Of a DNA stretch of 32,000 nt, positions 25,632-32,000 are shown in pieces (within the stretch, counting starts at the first letter, position 1; every line of letters starts with the position of its first letter). A program made the translations under genes and the position numbers. Source of the DNA: Candidatus Thorarchaeota archaeon. GTDB lineage: Archaea; Asgardarchaeota; Thorarchaeia; Thorarchaeales; Thorarchaeaceae. Location: contig SHMX01000003.1 of the NCBI GenBank assembly GCA_008080745.1, positions 390,001 through 422,000 on the forward strand, in the 5' to 3' direction. Under the pieces are notes generated by a model that was not told where the DNA came from, searched no databases, and saw only the letters and a program-made list of their open reading frames with translations.

Positions 25632-27217
25632 CTTTTCCATAGAGTTTCTATCTTGTCTTTCACACCATCCTTCAGATGTTGTGTCATCTGAAGTTTATCT
25701 AGACCCTCCTGAAACAGTTTGTCAATATTGTCCATTTCGAATATATTTCCTTCTTGAATAGCTCTATCAAGATGTGATGCGAACGCTGAATCCTCACTTC
25801 GCCATATCTCAATCTCAGACATTAGCTTGTCTTCCAATTTGCGACTAATGGATTGATATCCTAGGGTTGAATCCAGTCGTTCATCAGGTACGGAATATGG
25901 TAACAGAATCTTTTTGGTGTTTCCACCGGATGTCAAGACAACACAATGAAGTGTCAACCTTGTTAGAGGAGCTACCTCAGGGATGTCTCGATTGTCAAGA
26001 GATTTGCCAGTGATACTTAGTAAATCACTCTGGAGTTGAATTATTTGTTCTCCCAATGCCTCATCAACTCTTTCAACAGACTCGGTAACTATTTTTTCAG
26101 TTTCTCTGAGATCGGCTAGTTTCGTTTCCATGTCCTGTTTGAATTGTTCTAATCTTTCTTGCTTTGCCTTTACATCTTCTTCGAATTCTAACTCGATATC
26201 AGCCCGTTTCTGTAAGTGTTCCTCTTCCAGTATTTTAGCTTCGTCCAGAACCCTTTGAGATTCTGCATCAAGATCATTTAGAATATCTGGAATGCTTTCT
26301 TGATATTCTTTGATGCTTTTTGAAAGTTCTTTAAACCGTTCAATACCTTCACGAACCTTGTGCCCCTTCTTGCTGATATCTACACGAGCGTCTTTAGTAA
26401 GGTTAACCATTACATCCAGCACTTTTTCAATATTAGATAGTTCCCGAGAAAAAGTAACAGATTTGCTACGGAGGCTCATCATATGACTCTCTCCAAGGGA
26501 ATAGAGTTTCTCGTTCTTTTTCTTCTCCAGCTGTTCGATCTCGAGGTCTGTTTTTTCTTCCATACTCTCCAATTGAGGTTTATACCGACGTTGTTCGGTG
26601 GCAATGATGTTCTTTATAACAGATAATTGACCTCCAAGAATTTCATTAGCCAGCTTCCGAAGAGATTCCAATTCATCAACTCGCATCTTGAGAGCGTCGC
26701 GTATTTCTTGAAACTTCTCACTAGCACTTAGAGCGTCCTGAGAGCTTATAGATCCCTCAATAAGGGGAACTCTCTCTTCAATTGATGCAGTATTCACATA
26801 ATCAGCTACTTCAACAAAAACTGCAGGATCAAGCATACCTGAAATCTTAGTGGTCTTCGTCGCGGGTTTAGCAATGGTAGAGATTATCTTGTCAGTAGCT
26901 TCTTTGACGGTTTCTGGTTCCGTCACCTTACTTCTAAGTATTCTACGTACCTCTGCGATATGAGAACCTTCACTATAACTTAGCTCTATTCCGCTTTCTC
27001 GGGAGGGGGCTAAAATAACCGATGTAGACGAGCTTGTCTGCACTATCCAAAATGGCAATCCTACAACACTTATACTCTCGATGGAGGATCCGCCCTTTTC
27101 ATGCTCTGCTAGCATTAAGCTGGTCACATATGACCGTTCTCTCGGTAATTCTTTATCACCTGATGCCTCTTTCATATGGGCAAGACCAATCTTTAATTCT
27201 CGTACCAAGCGGACCAC
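25613..27217 (-). CDS. Hypothetical protein with a long central coiled coil
   Basis: 534 aa: globular N-terminus, ~240-aa E/K/L heptad-rich middle, globular C-terminus. No Walker A motif. GTG start. Confidence 0.85.
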   Translation of the reverse strand: MVRLVRELKIGLAHMKEASGDKELPRERSYVTSLMLAEHEKGGSSIESISVVGLPFWIVQTSSSTSVILAPSRESGIELSYSEGSHIAEVRRILRSKVTEPETVKEATDKIISTIAKPATKTTKISGMLDPAVFVEVADYVNTASIEERVPLIEGSISSQDALSASEKFQEIRDALKMRVDELESLRKLANEILGGQLSVIKNIIATEQRRYKPQLESMEEKTDLEIEQLEKKKNEKLYSLGESHMMSLRSKSVTFSRELSNIEKVLDVMVNLTKDARVDISKKGHKVREGIERFKELSKSIKEYQESIPDILNDLDAESQRVLDEAKILEEEHLQKRADIELEFEEDVKAKQERLEQFKQDMETKLADLRETEKIVTESVERVDEALGEQIIQLQSDLLSITGKSLDNRDIPEVAPLTRLTLHCVVLTSGGNTKKILLPYSVPDERLDSTLGYQSISRKLEDKLMSEIEIWRSEDSAFASHLDRAIQEGNIFEMDNIDKLFQEGLDKLQMTQHLKDGVKDKIETLWKSYSKTS

Positions 27218-27369
27218 CTATCTTTGATAGAGATAGAAGTTATGCTAATTATGTCTTTCTTAAGAAAATCTGGAAATAGAATGGATAATTCAAACAAGAT
27301 TATAAAAAATCAGATATGAAACAGATATAACCTTGATTACTATAAGAAAATCTATGAGAGGTTTCAAAG

Positions 27370-27828
27370 ATGGAGATGAAAGGATCAAGGAATAGTGCGA
27401 TACTGTTCTTTGTTTCAGGAGTACTACTAATTATCCAAGCCGGTATAAGCGGATTTGGATTCGAAGATGGAATCGGTGCCCTGGCTGCGGGAGTTTTTGC
27501 CTTTGTCATGTTCTTGTTAATGTTTATGGCATACGTAGGGGGTCTGTCAGCTGTTATGGATACAACCACTGTTAGCACTGACAACTATGACGGGACAAAA
27601 ACCATAACTACCTATTCAAGGGATACTGGACAACGAGTTCAGATGACCCCCTGCTGTGGAATATGTGGAGGAATTGCGGTAATCATAGTAGCTGCAATGT
27701 TTTCCGAGGGACTTGGAGAACTAGTTGTATTCTTGATTCCGGGATTCCTTGGTGGCTTGGTAGCTATACTTGCAGCAATCGTATTCGCTATTGAATACAA
27801 AGGCCCATGGACCAGGAGAGCATTTTAG
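27370..27828 (+). CDS. Hypothetical 4-TM membrane protein
   Basis: Four hydrophobic Gly-rich helices, a Thr-rich loop and a PCCGIC motif. Confidence 0.75.
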   Translation: MEMKGSRNSAILFFVSGVLLIIQAGISGFGFEDGIGALAAGVFAFVMFLLMFMAYVGGLSAVMDTTTVSTDNYDGTKTITTYSRDTGQRVQMTPCCGICGGIAVIIVAAMFSEGLGELVVFLIPGFLGGLVAILAAIVFAIEYKGPWTRRAF

Positions 27829-27848
27829 CTTTCTCTACCGAATCAATG

Positions 27849-27864
27849 AAACAGAAAAAGAAAA
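27849..27864 (-). terminator. U-rich tract downstream of the second thiolase-DUF35 operon
   Basis: The minus strand reads TTTTCTTTTTCTGTTT about 40 nt after the DUF35 stop, the same layout as at 6836-6847. Confidence 0.45.
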
Positions 27865-27901
27865 GGGAAGGTGGTCAATAGACCACCAGATTCTATTGAA
27901 A

Positions 27902-28561
27902 TTAATCCATGCTCTTGACCCATTCGTAAACGGGTGCACAGAGTTCCTTCATTCGCTCCTTCTCAGGTGTATCACCAACAGTTGGTTCCCAACCATCAGC
28001 TGGTTCAAACCACCAATCAGTCACTGTACCCTGGCGCTCATCTTCAGGCTTCCAGACAACTTTGACTGGCATACCAAACTCTGCATCCCATGGGTCAATA
28101 TTTCGTAGCTCGTTAGCAATGGCGGTCTTACATCCATCAACAACAACATAGGCAAGAACGAAGGGGAGTCGCTTCAAAGAAGACTTACCACTCCAGCCTG
28201 CGATGGTAAATGTGTGAACAATACCCTCTTGCTTTAGCTTGATCCATTCTGTCTTCTCAAGATTGTCATCAAGATTCCAGCAATTAACACGGGGCGGGAA
28301 GAATTTGTCACCACATTTGGGACATTTTGTTCCCCAGAATTCACCATCAATGAATCCTTTACCAAGCTTTGAGACCTCTGCATACTTCCAATAATATAAT
28401 TGGTCATAGTGAAGATAGACTTTGAATTGCTCGGTCGTTGAATCATAGTCATAGCCCATAAATCCAATGCCAGTTTCTTTCACATTACCACGGAATTTGT
28501 TAGGATGCTTTACATCCCATTCCACTTTATCGGGAATTTCATGTAGTCTTGGATCAGTCAT
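27902..28561 (-). CDS. Zn-ribbon/OB-fold DUF35 protein (second copy, extended)
   Basis: GTKCPKCG...FPPRVNC, G.VHTFTI, PFVLAYV..DG, GMPVKVVW. It starts 3 nt after the thiolase-like stop. Confidence 0.9.
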   Translation of the reverse strand: MTDPRLHEIPDKVEWDVKHPNKFRGNVKETGIGFMGYDYDSTTEQFKVYLHYDQLYYWKYAEVSKLGKGFIDGEFWGTKCPKCGDKFFPPRVNCWNLDDNLEKTEWIKLKQEGIVHTFTIAGWSGKSSLKRLPFVLAYVVVDGCKTAIANELRNIDPWDAEFGMPVKVVWKPEDERQGTVTDWWFEPADGWEPTVGDTPEKERMKELCAPVYEWVKSMD

Positions 28562-28564
28562 TGC

Positions 28565-29860
28565 TTATGGCCTCCTTAGAATGAAGTTTGAAATGCTAGT
28601 ACCTGTACCAGCATGACTATTTACAAGACCGGTCTGAGCGTCTTTGACATAGGTCTTGGAACTCAAGTGTTTCTTTGGAGCAGTATCATTAAGATGATAC
28701 ATACATTCGATAGCGGACATGATTCCAGTAGCACCAACAGGATGCCCGTAGCCCATCAGACCTCCACCAGGATTAGTGGGTACTTCTCCATCCATGAAAG
28801 TCTGTTTCTCACGAATGAAGTCCTTCATGTCATCAGCGTCACACCAATGAAGTGCCTTGTATATCTGCACCTCCGATGAGCTAAATGCATCATGAATCTC
28901 TGCTACATCAATCTCCTTCTTTGCTTTCTTGTACTCGATTCCTGCCATGTCGTAGGCAACCTCACCAGAACGGCGACAGGCTGCGAATTCGGTCATGTCA
29001 GGATATCCTTTACCGTACATCTTGTCCCAGTTGGGGAATGCAAGTCGATCACCGGCACGAATGGTACAGCTACTCAGGCCAGCACCATCAATGACAACAT
29101 AGTTGTTTGGTGCATGCTTTTTAGCCCACTCTTCACTGGTAATCAATGCAAAAGCGCCACCACGACTCATCAGACAACAATCGTATCTCTTTAGCGGATA
29201 GCTAATCATTCTGCTGTCCATAATGTCTTCAACAGTAAGGTCTCGCTTGTACTTCTTGTACTCACCGCGATACCATTGTGTCTTTGGATTGTCAGCTGCA
29301 TAGTTTCGATTCTTGAGAGCTGCCAAAGCAAAATCTTCCTCAGTGAGATCATGCTCTTTCATAAACTTGTACGCCATAGCAGCGTAATAGATGGGGTATA
29401 TTCCCCCAGCAAGGGCTTCATATCGCGTATCAGAAGCAAGAGCGATGAACTCGGAGCCCTGAGATTGTGTTACATTATCCATTGTTTCCCAGCCAGCAAC
29501 GCCAACCACATCAAAGAGGCCAGATTTGACTGCTAGAAAAGCTCCATAGAGAGCTGATCCACCAGTGTTGCCACCGTTTTCAATTCGCACATGGGGTAAT
29601 CCTACTAATCCCAGATGATCATGCACAACCCACTCAGGACAGAGTTGTTTTCCAAAGTGAACTGAGAAATGACTATAGACCATGAATTCAAGGTCAGTCA
29701 TATGAAAATCAGGCACATCCCCCTGGGTTTCAACGATTGCATTTGCAATCATTCCTTCAGGAGTGATATGCATGGGATAGTCGAAAGGAGTTACAGCACC
29801 GCCTGCGATGCAAACTTTTCGGCTCATTATTATCACGTTATTCCTAAAATCGATGTCCAT
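28565..29860 (-). CDS. Thiolase-like protein lacking the catalytic cysteine
   Basis: Thiolase fold motifs YDCCLMSRGGA, EIHDAF, NPGGGL..YGHPVGATG. The nucleophile position reads RIENGGNTGG. The start may be at 29827 (MSRKV). Confidence 0.9.
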   Translation of the reverse strand: MDIDFRNNVIIMSRKVCIAGGAVTPFDYPMHITPEGMIANAIVETQGDVPDFHMTDLEFMVYSHFSVHFGKQLCPEWVVHDHLGLVGLPHVRIENGGNTGGSALYGAFLAVKSGLFDVVGVAGWETMDNVTQSQGSEFIALASDTRYEALAGGIYPIYYAAMAYKFMKEHDLTEEDFALAALKNRNYAADNPKTQWYRGEYKKYKRDLTVEDIMDSRMISYPLKRYDCCLMSRGGAFALITSEEWAKKHAPNNYVVIDGAGLSSCTIRAGDRLAFPNWDKMYGKGYPDMTEFAACRRSGEVAYDMAGIEYKKAKKEIDVAEIHDAFSSSEVQIYKALHWCDADDMKDFIREKQTFMDGEVPTNPGGGLMGYGHPVGATGIMSAIECMYHLNDTAPKKHLSSKTYVKDAQTGLVNSHAGTGTSISNFILRRP

Positions 29861-30046
29861 CAGGACAGTCGATACTGCGAAACAGCGTTTCTATCTGGTA
29901 CTTAACAGCTTCGGCTAAAGGGATGAATAACGAATAATGGTTCGAAATAAGGACCTAGAACTAGCTAAATTTCAGAGAATTACAATCTAAAATGAACCAT
30001 AGAGTGGTTTTCTGAATAAGGATAGATGTGACACCACCTGAATAAT

Positions 30047-31225
30047 TCAACTTTTCCGTTTCCGGATAAGGTACACAATCACCCCAATAACTAATACTAT
30101 ACCTAGAATTGCCATTGGGTGAGAAAGAACAAGTGATATTAATACAGGTAGGAATTCCGATTGCGTACCAGTATTCGATGTGTATATGATATAATCCGGA
30201 AGAGTGGTTCTTTCACCGGGGTCTGGAATCTGAGGACCTAGTTTTAGCACACGAAAATCGGTTATTGAAATCGATGAATTGAAAATCCAAGAGATGCCAT
30301 CGTCATCAGTATCCAATATTCCTTCCCAAGAATATCCAGAATTGATTGGGTTATACGCATACACTTGATGTCCTCCCCCGTTATCACAAAGGAACATTCC
30401 ATAATTTTGCATAGCTCGTGCAATTACTTTCCCAGCCTCCTCCATTTCTAAGTCATCTACATCAATAGATGGGTTCAATTGAAGTCGAGCTCCCTCAGGG
30501 ATAGCAAGAGGATCATTCGATATACCATCACTTGTAGTAGCAGGACGTACAGCGCCTCCAGATTTCACGTAAAACCAATCTGTTGAATATACAAGTGCAT
30601 GCTCGATTAAACCTCGATCAATCTCATGAGGAAAGATTAATCCTGCAGCAAGAGCAAATCCTGAACCTCTAGCTCCCCAGCTATCTCTATAAATCCCGTC
30701 AGAATCCAAAGAAATTTTGTTACCCCAAGAGGCAGTCCACCCAGATGGTGTTTTTTCTGCTTGCCAGAAGTCGTACTCGATTCGAGTACCGTTGTCTATG
30801 ATACACAGATGTCCATCATCCTCAGGATCGGGTAAAGCATTCTCAGGGATAGGAACATCTTTCATAGTATCCCAGATAGCCCATTCATCAGTGATGTCAA
30901 TATCTTGCTGTGGTGTGGATGAGTTCGCAAAGAACACAGGCACACTCCATTTATCGACCCCAACAAACAATTCACCTTCACTCATGCTATCAAGCAGGTT
31001 ATTTACTATCTCTTCGGAGTTAGGTTCAATCTCAGCATTATCAGGAATAGGTATATTGAAGGGGCTTGCATCTGAGAATGGACGAATACTCCACGCATCA
31101 GCTGAGGTATGATTCTGAGAAGTCATACTGAATCTTATTGTGCTATCAGTCAAAACTGGTATGAAAAATAGAATTACCAAAATAAACAGCACCAGTGTGA
31201 GCTGAATAGTTCTGATGCGGGTCAT
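30047..31225 (-). CDS. Secreted, C-terminally anchored protein of unknown function
   Basis: N-terminal hydrophobic signal and a C-terminal TM followed by RKRK. The core has PFN..IP, DGHL.IID, YDFWQA, GARGSG..LAAGLI, HAL, PEGARLQL and YGM...DNGG. Confidence 0.85.
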   Translation of the reverse strand: MTRIRTIQLTLVLFILVILFFIPVLTDSTIRFSMTSQNHTSADAWSIRPFSDASPFNIPIPDNAEIEPNSEEIVNNLLDSMSEGELFVGVDKWSVPVFFANSSTPQQDIDITDEWAIWDTMKDVPIPENALPDPEDDGHLCIIDNGTRIEYDFWQAEKTPSGWTASWGNKISLDSDGIYRDSWGARGSGFALAAGLIFPHEIDRGLIEHALVYSTDWFYVKSGGAVRPATTSDGISNDPLAIPEGARLQLNPSIDVDDLEMEEAGKVIARAMQNYGMFLCDNGGGHQVYAYNPINSGYSWEGILDTDDDGISWIFNSSISITDFRVLKLGPQIPDPGERTTLPDYIIYTSNTGTQSEFLPVLISLVLSHPMAILGIVLVIGVIVYLIRKRKS

Positions 31226-31356
31226 ATCCTAAACCTAGTAATGTATAATGACTTTAGTGAAATATATCCATCGATTTTCAAAGAACAGAGATAGACTATC
31301 TTTACTTCATCGCACTAGTAAAAAATTTGAATAGGTTTTAGTATATCAAGGAGAAT

Positions 31357-31905
31357 ATGAAAGGTAGTGAGCTTCTACTTCTGATATCAAAAGCTAGAAA
31401 TTGCTTTGATCAAGGGCTTGCTTTAAACAATCAAACAAAGATTATAGAGGCCCTTGAAATTGGACTTGAGATTCGCAGATTTCTGGACTCAGCAGATAGT
31501 GAAACCTTAGAGAGACTCGCATCCGAAATCGATCAGTTCAGGCATCTAGACGGGGGATTGAATTCGTTCATCTATAACTGCATGAAATTAACAGGTAAAT
31601 TTGAAGACATGCTCCCATATTTAGAGAAGACCGTACAGTATTTACAGAATGACCAGAATCCAGATCTTTGGAGGCAACTTGGGCTGTTGTATATGGTTCA
31701 GAAGCAAGATTTGGACAAAGCTTGTGAGGCGTGGAAAAGGGCTATCAATTTGGATAATACCTTAGTTGGAAAATTTCCTGGTCTCAATGTTGTGTACGTA
31801 TATGATGCTATGAAATCTCAAGGTAAAGATGTGACATACAAGATAATATATGCAGATTTAGAGTCAGGGGATTTCTCAGTAGAACTGAGTGCAAATGGGA
31901 ATTAG
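31357..31905 (+). CDS. TPR-containing protein
   Basis: TPR-like unit PDLWRQLGLLYM...DLDKACEAWKRAINLD, preceded by helical repeats. Confidence 0.8.
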   Translation: MKGSELLLLISKARNCFDQGLALNNQTKIIEALEIGLEIRRFLDSADSETLERLASEIDQFRHLDGGLNSFIYNCMKLTGKFEDMLPYLEKTVQYLQNDQNPDLWRQLGLLYMVQKQDLDKACEAWKRAINLDNTLVGKFPGLNVVYVYDAMKSQGKDVTYKIIYADLESGDFSVELSANGN

Positions 31906-31937
31906 GATTTTTCACAGACTGCTTCTGAAATAAACAT

Positions 31938-32000
31938 TCACCTTCGATAATGCCACCAGACTGCAACACACAAGAAACCAAGTAATGTGATTCCTAAATA
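31938..32000 (-). CDS. C-terminal end of a membrane-anchored protein (gene continues beyond the window)
   Basis: The minus strand from 32000 reads YLGITLLGFLCVAVWWHYRR-stop, a TM anchor with a basic tail like other anchored proteins in this window. Confidence 0.55.
   Translation of the reverse strand, partial: YLGITLLGFLCVAVWWHYRR

Noticed and set aside
25613-27217. SMC/Rad50 ATPase
   Set aside because: No Walker A/B or signature motif, and the protein is too short.
29930-29970. GGTTCGAA T-loop-like motif suggesting a tRNA
   Set aside because: The flanks form no T-stem, acceptor stem or cloverleaf.

Overview
Gene-dense archaeal chromosomal segment. GC is moderate by eye (not computed). It most likely comes from an Asgard archaeon, Thorarchaeota-like. 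That assignment is an inference from longin-fold domains, archaeal thiolase/DUF35 pairs and TM-anchored surface proteins. I count 33 probable CDSs; the first is cut by the left edge and a short C-terminal fragment is cut by the right edge. Recognisable functions are mostly lipid, acyl-CoA and peptide catabolism plus housekeeping: two thiolase+DUF35 pairs, acyl-CoA dehydrogenase, M28 peptidase, YhhN lysoplasmalogenase-like protein, LLM oxidoreductase, nitroreductase, homocitrate/isopropylmalate-synthase family enzyme, NadE, OsmC, VIT1/CCC1 and DedA/VTT. I found no tRNA, rRNA, CRISPR array or mobile element. Most notable observations: (1) a receptor-like protein built as Ig-like repeats, TM, cytoplasmic longin-like domain, winged-helix-like domain and acidic tail, plus a second, standalone longin-like gene; (2) a 124-nt intergenic element (16056-16179) that folds as a long rod with G:U pairs on the minus strand and has two alternative pairing partners, a candidate ncRNA or RNA switch; (3) an intact LarA-fold gene that has lost every nickel-pincer/catalytic residue I can align; (4) a thiolase paralog with Gly in place of the catalytic Cys, a candidate Ltp2-like aldolase; (5) a Vps62/NPP1-motif protein. 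All family calls come from motif recognition by eye, without database searches.
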